Positions 38,705-51,549 of a stretch of 64,000 bases of DNA are shown here, in pieces. This DNA comes from Malacoraja senta (Eukaryota). Position 1 is the first letter of the stretch, and each line of letters opens with the position of its first letter. The notes below the pieces were generated by a model, which ran no database searches, was not told the DNA's origin, and saw only the letters and a program-made list of their open reading frames with translations. A program made the translations under genes and the position numbers. Location: positions 682,001 through 746,000 of the forward strand of contig CM075997.1 of NCBI GenBank assembly GCA_038087875.1, read 5' to 3'.

Positions 38705-40315
38705 TTACTCTTCAATCCTCCGCCTCCAAGCGGCAGTGGAGGTGGGCTGGTAGGAATGGTCATAGAGGCAACTGGAGAAATACGTGGTGTGGGAGGGAGG
38801 AGTGGCAATGGTTGCATAGCTCCCACTGACTGGACACAGCAACGCTATCATTCTCTACCAGCGACATTCCACAACGATCAATGGGACAGGCATCCGGTTA
38901 TTCTTGTTTCTCGCTCTTGTTGGTTAATGGGGGAACGCTGGCTTGCAGTCCGGGAGAACGGCCCGATCTCCCTCTGATCGCTCGGGGAGTACCAGCCTCG
39001 GCCTACAGACCAGGCCCTGAATATGATCCTGATCAGAGATACAGCACGGACACAGGCCCTTCGGCCCACCTAGTCCACGAATCACCGCGTACACTAACAC
39101 TATGCTGTACACTCCAGGGACCATTAACAAGTATACCAAGCCAACCAGCCTGCAAACATGTGTGAGAAAGATCGGCAGATGCTGGATAAAATCGAAGGTG
39201 GACACAAAATGCTGGAGTAACTCAGCGGGTGAGGCAGCATCTATGGAGAGAAGGAATGGGTGACGTTTCGGGTCGAGACCCTTCGTCAGAGAATAGAATG
39301 ATCCACCTCATAATGTAATGGATCCCAGGATATTAAGTATCAGTTGAGATCTGGCCATGAACCTATCACCAGGGGCAAGATCTCCTTTCTAAAACTAACC
39401 TAAATCACAGTAGTCACCTAAAAAATCGCCTAAGTGGGACAGGCCCTTTAGAGAGAGAGAGATGCTGGTGCAACACTTCCTTTCACTGTGCAGGGACAAT
39501 TGGTGGAGAGTCTTTCCCTTACTCTGATTCGGAAGGGTGTCAAAGGTCACGGGAAGAAGGTGGGCGAATGGGCTTGAGGAGGAAAATAGATCAGCCATGA
39601 TTGAATGGCAGCATAGGCTAGATGGGCTGAATGGCCTAATTCTGCTCCTCTGTCTTATGGTTTTATGGTCTTATTCATCTCCAGCTGCCAAAATCAATGA
39701 ATTCAGCTCAGGCACTGAAGGGTTAACTCTCCAAACTAACCCGTTGGAGCTTATAGGGAACTTAATCTCCAATTGTTTACTGAGAAATAGCAGTCATGTC
39801 TACTTTATAAAACACCAGTGCAGAATATAAATTTAGTATTGCTACAAAGGAACAGTATCATAGAGAAGGTACATTTCACAGGTATTAGGAGGATTTAATA
39901 TGTTGAGGATTTGCATGTCATTTATTTATGTCAAGGTTTTACAGTTTGTTTCACCTCAGGAATAATTTATCCCATTAACTGTTGGATGTTTTGATTTAGC
40001 AACAAATAGCGCACAAATGTTTTTCCCGAAGGTATTATTATATTTTAATTCTGGAACTGAACCAATCTGTAATCCCCTGGACCTATGCAATGATTTTGGA
40101 ATTAATTGTATGAAAATGCTGAAAAACAAATCAGTGAAATCAGACGGAGTAATACCGAATAAGGTCTGTTTCTTTCTTACAACCAGTGGCAAATTATCTC
40201 AATTTGTTTCTATTTCCCCCCCCCCCCCCCTCTTCCATCTCTCCAACAAGAAAATTCAGATTCACATTCACACTTATTGTCACATGCACTCTACTCAATA
40301 ACCCAAAATCTGTTT

Positions 40316-40416
40316 AAGAAGGAACTGCAGATGCTGGAAAATCGAAGATACACAAAAATGCTGGAGAAACTCAGCGGGTGCAGCAGCATCCATGGAGCGA
40401 AGGAAATAGGCAACGT
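40316..40416 (-). mobile_element. Penelope mini-element inserted in a Rex1-type tail
   Basis: 17-bp duplication TAACC(C/A)AAAATCTGTTT at 40299-40315 / 40417-40433. Confidence 0.8.
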
Positions 40417-41169
40417 TAACCAAAAATCTGTTTCCTCCTATTGTTCTGGTATTATATTTAATTCACGTGTTTACTCGATAATGTTTTATTATTAATGTTT
40501 AATGTATTATGTGTCATTCCTAACTGTCACTGTGTGTCATGTTGTCACTTGCGGGCGGAGCACCAAGGCAAATTCCTTGTATGTGAATACTTGACCAATA
40601 AAGCTTATTCATTCATTCGTTCATTCATTCATTCACTCACACAGCGGGTCAGGCAGCATCTGTGGGGAGAGAAGCGGAGTTGACGTTTCAAGTCAAAGAC
40701 CCTTATTCAGAAGTAGCAAAGAGAGAAAACAAGTTGATTCTAAGTTGAAACATGAAAGAGCATTAACGTCAGTTGGACAATTAGTCACTTTTTCGAAGAA
40801 CCTGTTTTCTCTTTTCGTCAAGTTGGAATGACATTCGCAAAATACCAGAGCAAGATTTGAATGCTTGCATTATAATATCAGTAACAGTGATATTATATTA
40901 CCTAGTCTAATAAAGTTTGGCATCTTACAGGGCAGGGATTAATTGGGTGAAGGCAGGTAGTTGTAATTCAGACCAAAGGTTACAATACTGCAAACGCTGA
41001 AATTCTGAGACAAAACAGAGAATGCATTAGAACACTTGGCAGGTCAAGCAGCATCTGTAGAGAGTGAACGGTGTGTCAATAAAATAATAACAGTGCACAC
41101 TGGCATGGCAGTAGAGCAGAGCTTAAGAGCCTGTGAGCAAATTTGGGCCCCATACATATCTGAGGAAGG

Positions 41170-42558
41170 TACACAAAAATGCTGGAGAAACTCAGCGGGT
41201 GCAGCAGCATCTATGGAGCGAAGGAAATAGGCAACGTTTCGGGCCGAAACCCTTCTTCAGACTGATAGGGGGTGTGGAGAAGAAGAAAGGAAACAAGGCG
41301 GAGGAGGAGTCTGAGGGCTGCGGTAGGGTAGGAGACAACCAGAGGGCTGATGAAGGGGAGGGGACAGCAAGGGCTAGCAGAATTGGGAGAATTCAATGTT
41401 CAAGCCCCCAGGATATAGACTGCCCAAGCGGAATATGAGGTGCATTTCCTCCAATTTCCGGTGTTGCTCGCTGTGGCCATGAAGGAGACCCAGGACAGAG
41501 AGGTCAGATACGGAATGGGAGGGGGAGTTGAAGTGCTGAGCCACCGGGAGGTCAGGATGGTTATTGCGGACCGACTGCTTAGGTCCTTGAATGGAGTCGA
41601 GGGGGGAGGTGAAGGGACAAGTGTTGCATCTCTTGCGGTTGCAAGGGAAAGTACCCGGGGAGGGGGTGGTACGGGAGGGAAGGGAAGAATTGACAAGGGA
41701 GTTACGGAGGGAGCGGTCTTTGCGGAAGGCAGACATGGGGGGAGATGGGAAGATGTGGCGAGTGGTGGGGTCACGTTGGAGGTGGCGAAACTGACGGAGG
41801 ATCACTTGTTGTATATGATGGCTGGTGGGGTGAAAGGTGAGGACCAGGGGGACTCTGCCCTTGTTGTGAGTGGGGGGATGGGGAGAGAGAGCAGTGTTGC
41901 GGGGTATGGCAGAGACCCTGGTGCGAGCCTCATCTATGGTGGAGGAGGGGAACCCCCGTTCCCTGAAGAATGAGGACATTTCAGATGCCCTGGTGTGGAA
42001 CGCCTTATCCTGGGAGCAGATGCGGCGTAGACGGAGGAATTGGGAGTGGGGGATGGAGTCCTTACAGAAAGCAGGGTGGGAAGAAGTGTAGTCCAGATAG
42101 CCATGGGAGTCGGTAGGTTTGTAGTGGATGTCGGTAAGAAGTCTATCACCTGCGATGGAGATAGTGAGGTCAAGGAATGGTAGGGAAGTGTCGGAAATGG
42201 TCCAGGTGTATTTGAGTGCCGGATGGAAGTTGATGGTGAAGCGGATGAAGTCAGTCAGTTGTGTGTGGGTGCAGGATGTGGCACCAAAACAGTCATCGAT
42301 GTAGCGGAGGTAGAGGTCGGGGATAGGGCCCTGGTACGCATTGAACAAGGATTGTTCTACGTACCCGAGGATGTTTAAGAAGGAACTGCAGATGCTGGAA
42401 AATCGAAGGTAGACAAAAGTGCTGGGGAAACTCAGCGGGTGCAGCAGCATCTATGGAGCGAAGGAAATAGGCAACGTTTCGGCCCGAAACGTTGCCTATT
42501 TCCTGCGCTCCATAGATGCTGCTGCACCCGCTGAGTTTCTCCAGCACTTTTGTCTACC
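41170..42558 (-). mobile_element. 5'-truncated, internally deleted Penelope-like element (Neptune-like) with direct and inverted pLTR ends
   Basis: ORF 41374-42450 has the RT motifs YLRYIDD and PFLD, HYKPTDSHGYLDYTSSHP, a CxxxxCxxC linker and a GIY-YIG C-terminal part (VAQHF...RKLEE...GLN). The duplication TCTGAGGAAGG (41159-41169 / 42559-42569) splits a CR1 fragment. Confidence 0.9.
41233..41260 (-). ncRNA. Minimal hammerhead ribozyme-like core in the 3' pLTR of the Penelope element
   Basis: CTGAAGA-A-GGGTTTCGGCCC-GAAA-CG-TT on the element sense strand, about 115 nt after the ORF stop. Confidence 0.65.
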
Positions 42559-43739
42559 TCTGAGGAAGGATGTGCTGGCTCTGGAGAGGGTCCAGAGGAG
42601 GTTTACAAGAATGATCCCAGGAATGAGTGGGTTAGCATATGATGAGCGTTTGACGGCACTGGGCCTGTACGCGCTGGAGTTTAGAAGGATGAGAGGGAGC
42701 CTCACTGAAACGTACAGAATAATGAAAGGCATAGATAGAGTGGATGTGGGGAGGATGTTTCCACTGGTGGGAGAGTCTAGGACCAGTGGGCACAGCCTCG
42801 GAATTAAAGGGCGTGCTTTTAGAAAGGAGGTGAGGAGGAACTTCTTTAGTCAGAGGGTAGTTAATCTGTGGAACTCATTGCCACAGAGGCTGTGGAGGCC
42901 AAGTTAGTGGATATTTTTTTACGGGTGATCACTCGGTGGGCCGAATGGTCCGACTCCTCGCTGTATCTCTCTAAACTAAAGTTCTGTAGGAAGGAACTGC
43001 AGGTGCTGGTTTAAACCGAAGATAGACACAGAAAGCTGGAGTAACTCAGCGGGTCAGATTGAAGTCTGAAGAAGGGTCTCGACCCGAAACGTCACCTATT
43101 CCTCTTCTCCAAAGATGCTGATAAACTAAAGCTGTTCCTGAGTCTGGTGGTGTGCACTTAGAGTCATAGAGTCATAGGGTCATAGAGTGACACAGTGTGG
43201 AAACAGGCCCTTCGGCCCAACTCACCCACACCGGCCAACAATGTCCCAGCTACCCTAGTCCCAACTTGCCTGTGCTTGGTTCATATCCTTCCAAACCTGT
43301 CCTATCCATGTACCTGTCCAACTGTTTCTTGAACAATGGGATTGTCCCAGCCTCAACTACCTCCTCTGGCAGCTTGTTCCATCCACCCACCATCCTTTGT
43401 GTGAAAAAGTTACCCCTCAGATTCCTATTAAATCTTTCCCCCTTCACCTTGAACGTAGGCCCTCTGGCCCTCTGGTCCTCGATTCCCCTACTCTGGGTAA
43501 AAGACTCCGTGCATCTACCCGATCTATTCCTCTCATGATTTTGTACACCACTTTCAAGCTTCTGTACCTGATGCTGGACTGGGAGCAGGGAGAAGGAGGA
43601 ATGACCGGGGTGGGACAAGTCTCCACTTTTGCCGCGAACTTTGTATCCTGTTTGGTGCTCTATGAAACGCAGCAGGAATAAATGGAACAGTTTGGCAAAT
43701 GTGCCCTGCAGCATGCGGGTCTGTTGCGCTGTGAAGATT

Positions 43740-44100
43740 GTCGGAGATGGGGATTAGATTCGAAAATCAATTTCCATCAGTGCGTAATACCTCAAGACTG
43801 CAGCCTGGTCTGGTCTGGTCCTCATTCGGCACCCCTCGCACTAATTGTGTGTGTGTGTGTGCGTGTCTGTCTCTGTGGGTACATGTGTGTATGTGTGTGC
43901 GTGGATCATGATGTAATCCCCCCTGTATTCCAATACTGGGGGATTTTAATTAAGAGCATTTGAGAGAGAACTCCATTTTCCTAATGAAGATGAGCCAAAG
44001 GTAAATTAATTGTAATCGCAAATTCACTTTAATCCCTGTGTGTTATAATTAAGAAAAGGGTTGTTATTTTCAGTCTGACTGCAATGTAATTAAGTGGCAC
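43740..44100. promoter_or_regulatory. Candidate enhancer with a homeodomain site cluster
   Basis: GGATTA 43751, TAATCC 43914 and 44030, TAATTA 43947, 44046 and 44087. Confidence 0.45.
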
Positions 44101-44519
44101 ATGAGTGTCACCCCAGCCTCAACCAAGATCCAACTGCAGCGAGTGTTTAGCAGAGCACAAAACACCCTTGACTCTTGACTTGACTACTTTAAAGAAAGTA
44201 CCTTTTTGTTGGAAGGGAAGGCATGTTAATATTTGCCCTCCTTCTTTGCAGATGTTGATTGCAAGCTTATCTCTATAAATTATTTGTGTTTTGTTGTCCA
44301 GGCGTTCATAGAATCTTAGAGACACACAGCATGGAAACAGGCCCTTCAGCCCAACATGTCCATACTATCAACCATTCATTCACACTATTTCTATGTTAAT
44401 CCCATTTTTTTTAATTCTTCACATATTCTGATTTGGTTTATCTATTGTCATATGAAGAGAAATATGGTGGGATCATTGTTCTGTATTGAAATGCTATCCA
44501 TACTGTACGTAAGTATAAT

Positions 44520-44950
44520 GAATATTAAACTCTGTGTAATGTTCCCAGTGCAGTCAGCATTGGAGAAGGCAAGTGCAGAACAATGCACGGCTGCCTTGTC
44601 TGCCACAGGTGGCATCATCGAAAAAGAGCAACAGCAGTTCTCCCCAGTAAGCAGGTCAATATTTACCTCTGGCGTTCCCTCTCTCTCTACCCCTCCTCCA
44701 CCCAAGTCGCACTAGCTTCTCGTTTTCACCCAACAAACAGCTAACAATGGCCTGTTTCCTTTCTCATTGTTACTTTTTTGCATATCTTTCATTCATTGTT
44801 CTTTATCTCTCTACATCACCATCTATATCTCTCGTTTCTTTTATCCCTAACCAGTCTGAAGAAGGGTCTTGACCCGAAATGCCACCCATTCCTTCTCTCC
44901 AGAGATGCTGCCTGACCCGCTGAGTTACTCCAGCTTTTTGTGTCTATCTT
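44520..44950 (+). mobile_element. ~430-bp non-autonomous Penelope-derived element (second copy at about 24851-25286)
   Basis: 12-bp duplication CGTAAGTATAAT at 44508-44519 / 44951-44962. The 3' part is pLTR-like with a hammerhead-like core at 44856. Confidence 0.75.
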
Positions 44951-47363
44951 CGTAAGTATAATAGATTTGCTTCTGGAACAGCAAAAGCATGCTGAGAATC
45001 GCCATGTCTTGACGCAATCTTGCAATTCTCAAGTCTCTGAAAAGTCCAATCTTGGCCGATCATTGTGGCCCATCAAATCTAACCCCATTTTCCATAGTCC
45101 TCTAAAACCTTCCTATGCATATACCTGAACAAGTGTCTTTTAAATGGTGTGATTGTACCTGCCTTAGCTACCTCCTCCGGTAGCTTATTCCATTCCATCC
45201 AGAACAAGGGGTCACAGTTTAAGGATAAGGGGGAAGTCTTTTAGGACCGAGATGAGAAAATCATTTTTTACACAGAGAGTGGTGAATCTGTGGAATTCTC
45301 TGCCACAGAAGGTAGTTGAGGCCAGTTCATTGGCTATATTTAAGAGGGAGTTAGATGTGGCCCTTGTGGCTAAAGGGATCAGGGGGTATGGAGAGAAGGC
45401 AGGTACAGGATACTGAGTTGGATGATCAGCCATGATCACATTGAATGGCGGTGCAGGCTCGAAGGGCCGAATGGCCTACTCCTGCACCTATTTTCTATGT
45501 TTCTATGTTTCTCTCTCCCCACCACCATCTGAGTGAAGAAACAGGAATTGCAGATGCTGGTTTACAATAGAAGATACAAAGTGATCACAGGGAGAACGTG
45601 CGGACTCCACACAGACAGCACCCAAGGTCACGGTTGAACCCGGATCTCTGGCACTGTGAGTCAGCAGCTCTACCCGCTGCACCACTGTGGTGGATTGAAG
45701 GTTTTTTCTGCTAGTTTGAGGAGCAGTTCCAAAATCCAAACTTGGGAAGGAATTGCCAGCCCCTGGAGGATGAAAGTTCTTCTGATATCAATTCAGAATG
45801 ACAGTCTGACCCCTTATTTAAAGTTTTAGACACCACCAACAGACGAGACCAGATTTGATTTACACTTTAGACTTTAAAGATACAGCGTAGAAACAGGTCC
45901 TTCGGTCGACCGGGTCCAAGCCGACCGACGATCACCCCGATTACTAGCATTATCCTACACACTGCAGACTGTTTACAATTTACCAACCTACAAACCTGTA
46001 CGTCTTTGTGGTGTGAGAGGAAACTGGAGCACCCGGAGAAAACCCACGCGGTCACAGGGAGAACGTACAAACTCTATACAGACAGCACCTGCAGTCAGGA
46101 TCGAACCCGGGTCTCTGGCGCAGTGATTTTGGGAATATGGGGAGAATAAAATGGAATTGGTGTCAATGGATGCCGGCACGGAAAATGGGCCCAAAAATCT
46201 GAAGGAGGGTCTCGACCCAAAACGCCGCCTTTTCCTTTTCTCCAAAGATGCTGTCTGACCCGCTGAGTTACTCCAGCTCTTTGTGTGTCTATCTTCAGAT
46301 TAAACCAGCATCTGCAGTTCCTTCCTGCTCATGCCTGTCTAAATGTCTAAGATAAACACACCCCTATAAGACGGACAGTTAGTTGACCGTTTCGTCAAGT
46401 TAACGATATGAAACTGTGTTGGATGCAATGTGGGTTCTTGGGGAACATCTCATCAAATGGAGGTCTTGAGAACTTGAGAACTACATCGAATAATATATGT
46501 TATTATTGTTTGTTTTTATGTGTACATGTGTGTGCATGTGTATGTATGCATATATATATATGTGTGTATATAATGTATACATATGATGTCAATATATATA
46601 CATAATGTATATATACACATAATATACAAATATACGAGAGAAAAAGTTCAGCGTGTGTATACATACAAAACATATGCACACATACCCATTATATATATGA
46701 AGAAGGGTCTCGACCCGAAACGTCGCCAATTCCTTCTCTCCATAGATGCTGCCTGACCCGCTGAGTTTCTCCAGCATTTTGTGTCTCCATTCGATTTACC
46801 AGCATCTGCAGTTCTTTCTTAAACATATGGGTATGTGTGTACGTGTTTTGTATGTATACTCGTTCTGTACTTTTCCTCTCGTTTATTATATCGTTTCCAG
46901 TGGACCATGTTTACACATTCTGTTGTGCCGCTGCAAGGAAGAATGTCATTGTTCTATCTGGGACATATGACAAGGAAGATAGACACAAAATGCTGGAGTA
47001 ACTCAGCGGGACGGCAGCATCTCTGGAGAGAAGGGATGGGTGACGTTTCGGGTCGAGACCCGACCCTTTCTTCAGACTGGGGCGTCAGGGGAGATGGAGA
47101 CACAGAGATAAGGAGGGGTAAGGTGTGAAAACGAAACATATATATTTGCACTTTAGACTGTTTTACTGTTTAAAAAAAATAAATCATGTTTCTCGGGGTA
47201 TCTAAATGTTATTAGTTGTTTAAGTATCGGATGGGAGCTGCATACCAAATCTCGTTGCACCTAGGTGCAATGGCAATAAAATATATTATTGTTATTATTA
47301 TTTATTATTATTATTAAAACACTCTTGTGTAGGGAAGGAACTGCAGATGCTGGTTTAAACCGA

Positions 47364-47563
47364 NNNNNNNNNNNNNNNNNNNNNNNNNNNNNNNNNNNNN
47401 NNNNNNNNNNNNNNNNNNNNNNNNNNNNNNNNNNNNNNNNNNNNNNNNNNNNNNNNNNNNNNNNNNNNNNNNNNNNNNNNNNNNNNNNNNNNNNNNNNNN
47501 NNNNNNNNNNNNNNNNNNNNNNNNNNNNNNNNNNNNNNNNNNNNNNNNNNNNNNNNNNNNNNN
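47364..47563. other. Assembly gap (200 N)
   Basis: Run of N; true gap size unknown. Confidence 1.
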
Positions 47564-48235
47564 AATAGGCCACGAGAAATTGCAGCGAATTGTGGACGCA
47601 GTCCAGACCATCACACAAACCAACCAATCTATTCTACATGTTCCTTCATCTCCATTCCCTTTGCCCAGTTTTCACACCTTCACTCTTCCTTATCTTATCT
47701 ATCTCGCTCCCCCCCCCCCTGACGTCAGTCTGAAGAAGGGTCTCGACCCGAAACGTCACCCATTCCTTCTCTCCAGAGACGCTGCCTGTCCCGCTGAGTT
47801 ACTCCAGCATTTTGTGTCTATCTTCAGTTTAACTATGCATCGTGCTTGGCACCGACATTGTGGGCCGAAGGGCCTGTTTGTTCCTGCACCGTACTGCTCT
47901 ATGCTCTATGTTTTCACATTACTCCACCCCTTTGAATATCCTGGGCCTTGTGATATTTTGAAACAGGATGCATTTTAATGCTGCTGGGGATTATGAAAGT
48001 GGGCCACATTTATCGAGGCTGCCAGCTGGTCACATGTCTCTACATCACGGGATTAGCGCACTAATGTATTTTGAATGTCACTGGGGACAGATTACAAAGC
48101 GGGACGGAGTGGAACTTAAAACCAGGGCGGGCGGCTTGGGTAATCGCAATGTGGTAAATGAGCTTCTTTCTCTCTGTTTCTCCACTCACTGCCTCTGTTT
48201 CCTGGTGAGTCTTGCACTTGAAGCCGGATGTTCAG

Positions 48236-49362
48236 TGGTCAATAGTCAATGGTCTTTAGTAAATGGTCAATAGTCAATGGTCAATAGTAAATGGTCAATA
48301 GTCAATAGTCAATGGTCAATGGTACAATGGTCAATGGACAATCGTCCAATGGTCAATGGTTAATAGTCAATAGTCAATGGTCATTGGTCAATGGTCCAAT
48401 GGTCAATGGTCAATGGTCCAATGGTCAATGGACAATGGTCCAATGGTCAATGGTTAATAGTCAATAGTCAATAGTCAATGGTCAATGGACAATGGTCCAA
48501 TGGTCATTGGTCAATGGTCCAATGGTCAATGGTCAATGGTCCAATGGTCAATGGTCCAATGGTCAATGGTCAATGGTCCAATGGTCAATGGACAATGGTC
48601 CAATGGTCAATGGTTAATAGTCAATAGTCAATAGTCAATGGTCAATGGACAATGGTCCAATGGTCAATGGACAATGGTCCAATGGTCAATGGACAATGGT
48701 CCAATGGTCAATGGTCAATGGTCCAATGGTCAATAGTCAATGGTCAATGGACAATGGTCCAATGGTCAATGGACAATGGTCCATTGGTCAATGGACAATG
48801 GTCCAATGGTCAATGGTCAATGGTCCAATGGTCAATAGTCAATAGTCAATGGTCAATGGTCAATGGTTAATAGTCAATGGTCAATGGTCAATGGTTAATA
48901 GTCAATGGTCAATAGTCAATAGTCAAGTCAATGGTCAATGGTCAATGGTCAATGGTTAATAGTCAATAGTCAATAGTCAATGGTCAATGGTCAATGGTCA
49001 ATGGTTAATAGTCAATAGTCAATAGTCAATGGTCAATGGTTAATGGTCAATAGTAAATGGTCAATAGTCAATAGTCGATGTGTTTATGAAGGAACTACAG
49101 ATGCTGGGAAATCGAAGGTAGACAAAAATGCTGGAGAAACTCAGCGGGTGAGGCAGTATCTATGGAGTGAAGGAGATAGGCAACGTTTCGGGCCGAAACC
49201 CTTCTTCAGACTGGTGTAGAGTCTGAAGAAGGGTTTTGGCGCGAAACGTTGCCTATCTCCTTCGCTCCATAGATGCTGCTGCACCCGCTGAGTTTCTCCA
49301 GCATTTTTGTGTACAGTCAATAGTCGATGGTCAATGGTCAATGGTTAACATTCAATGGTCAA
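48236..49362. repeat. Heptamer/octamer tandem array (GGTCAAT, AGTCAAT, GGACAAT, GGTCCAAT)
   Basis: Directly visible; interrupted by the Penelope mini-element at 49081-49314. Confidence 0.95.
49081..49314 (-). mobile_element. Fold-back Penelope mini-element inside the heptamer array
   Basis: Cores at 49182-49209 (-) and 49223-49250 (+); duplication AGTCAATAGTCGATG at 49066-49080 / 49315-49329. Confidence 0.85.
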
Positions 49363-49924
49363 CAGTGCTTTATTGTCACATGTGCAGACACACGGTGAAA
49401 TTCTTCTTTTCCCTGCAATTCAGTAAAGTATTACGGTTCCTAAGCACAATCCCTGATTAGTACAAAATGTACAGAAATAGTCCACTAAGACCACATGCAC
49501 GAGTGGCCAGGTTTTGGCAGCATTTCCACTTGGTCTCCCCGAGCGGGGCCCGATGCAGGCGAGCCCCAGGCTGCTGCAGGGCCTCCAGTCATCGCCCTCG
49601 TCTGTATCGTCCAGTGAAGCATCGTCCCTCTCCTTTCCCACCCGGCCACTGGCAGACTTTCTTCCCCCGGGGCAACTCCCGCAGCCGACCTTGAGGGCAC
49701 GGAAGGCAAGAAGCTTGTTTCACACTTTGCGGGGATCACTGGTCGGCGCGGACTCGGTGGGCCGGAGGGCCTGTTTTGACGCTGTATTTCTAATCTAATC
49801 TAAAAAAAAGAGATTCAAGAATAAACCAGGACCTGACCAAAGCTGACCCAAGCCGATCGTGGACAACTCGACCACTCTGTCCACGTGGATCCAACCTGAT
49901 CCTGACCCAGTCCCATCATTATCA

Positions 49925-50041
49925 TTTTCGGGCCGAAACGTTGCCTATTTCCTTCGCTCCATAGATGCTGCTGCACCCGCTGAGTTTCTCCAGCACTTTT
50001 GTCTACCTTCGATTTTCCAGCATCTGCAGTTCCTTCTTAAA
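49925..50041 (+). mobile_element. Penelope mini-element
   Basis: Exact 13-bp duplication CCCATCATTATCA at 49912-49924 / 50042-50054. Confidence 0.85.
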
Positions 50042-50124
50042 CCCATCATTATCAACCCCACTCTGTGGCAGTAGTTCTACCCGCTGCACGACTGCGCCCA
50101 CTACTTAGTTTAGTTTAGAGATAC

Positions 50125-51180
50125 ATAGATACATAGATACATAGAAAATAGGTGCAGGAGTAGGCCATTCGGCCCTTCGAGCCTGCCCCGCCATTCAATA
50201 TGATCATGGCTGATCATCTAACTCAGTATCCTGTACCTGCCTTCTCTCCATACCCCCTGATCCCTTTAGCCACAAGGGCCACATCTAACTCCCTCTTAAA
50301 TATAGCCAATGAACTGGCCTCAACTACCCTCTGTGGCAGAGAGTTCCAGAGATTCACCACTCTCTGTGTGAAAAGGTTTCTCCTCATCTCGGTCTTAAAG
50401 GATTTCCCCCTTATCCTTAAGCTGTGACCCCTTGTCCTGGACTTCCCCAACATCGGGAACAATCTTCCTGCATCTAGCCTGTCCAACCCCATAAGAATTT
50501 TGTACGTTTCTATAAGATCCCCTCTCAATCTCCCAAAATTCTAGCGAGTATAAGCCAAGTCTATCCAGTCTTTCTTCATATGAAAGTCCTGACATCCCAG
50601 GAATCAGTCTGGTGAATCTTCTCTGCACTCCCTCTATGGCTATAATGTCCTTCCTCAGATTTGTAGACCAAAACTGTACGCAATACTCCAGGTGTGGTCT
50701 CACCAAGACCCTGTACAACTGCAGTAGAACCTCCCTGCTCCTATACTCAAATCCTCTTGCTATGAAAGCCAACATACCATTCGCTTTCTTCACTGCCTGC
50801 TGCACCTGCATGCCTACTTTCAATGACTGGTGTACCATGACACCCAGGTCTCGCTGCATCTCCCCATTTCCTAATCGGCCACCATTTAGATAATAGTCTG
50901 CCTTCCCGTTTTTGCCACCAAAGTGGATAACCTCACATTTATCCACATTATACTGCATCTGCCAAACATTTGCCCACTCACCCAGCCTATCCAAGTCACC
51001 TTGCAGTCTCCTATCATCCTCCTCACAGCTAACACTGCCCCCCAGCTTAGTGTCATCCGCAAACTTGGAGATGTTGCTTTCAATTCCCTCATCCAGTTCA
51101 TTAATATAAATTGTAAATAGCTGGGGTCCCAGCACTGAGCCTTGCGGTACCCCACTAGTCACTGCGGTACCCCACTAGTG
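50125..51180 (-). mobile_element. CR1-clade (HER1-like) LINE 3' fragment with partial RT, frameshifted
   Basis: GVPQGSVLGP and KFADDTKL RT motifs, RPHLEYCVQFW, and SRTRGH...VVNLWNSLP in a second frame; short tandem-repeat tail. Confidence 0.92.
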
Positions 51181-51543
51181 ACTAGATACGGTGAAGAAAC
51201 AGGCCCTTCAGCCCACCGAGCCCGTACCGACCAGCGATGCCCGCACATTAACGCTACCCTACACACACTAGGGACAATCTACACTTATACCAATTAACCT
51301 GCAAACCTGCACGCCTTTGGAGTGTGGGAGGAAAATGAAGATCTCGGAGTAAACCCACGCAGGTCATGGGGTGAACATGCAAACTCCGTACAGACGGCAC
51401 CCATAGTTGAGGTCTCCGGCACTGCAAGCGCTGTAAGGCAGCAACTCTCCTGCTGCGCCACCTTGACCGCCCACGTACTGCTGGATACTCCGTGACCACA
51501 GAAAGAAACACCAGGTTCATTCCCGTTGTTTGCAACATCTTGC

Positions 51544-51549
51544 TTTATT
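51544..51549 (-). terminator. Candidate distal poly(A) signal of otx5
   Basis: AATAAA on - at the end of a repeat-free AU-rich block (51540-51950). A second AATAAA lies at 51899-51904. Confidence 0.5.

Noticed and set aside
47261..47978. ORFs spanning the N run
   Set aside because: Artefacts of the assembly gap.
48236..49362. CRISPR-like or protein-coding repeat
   Set aside because: Contiguous 7-8-bp units with no unique spacers and no cas genes, in a eukaryotic context.
49480..49700. GC-rich unique-looking segment as a possible exon
   Set aside because: No recognisable protein similarity and no convincing splice-site pair; left unassigned.
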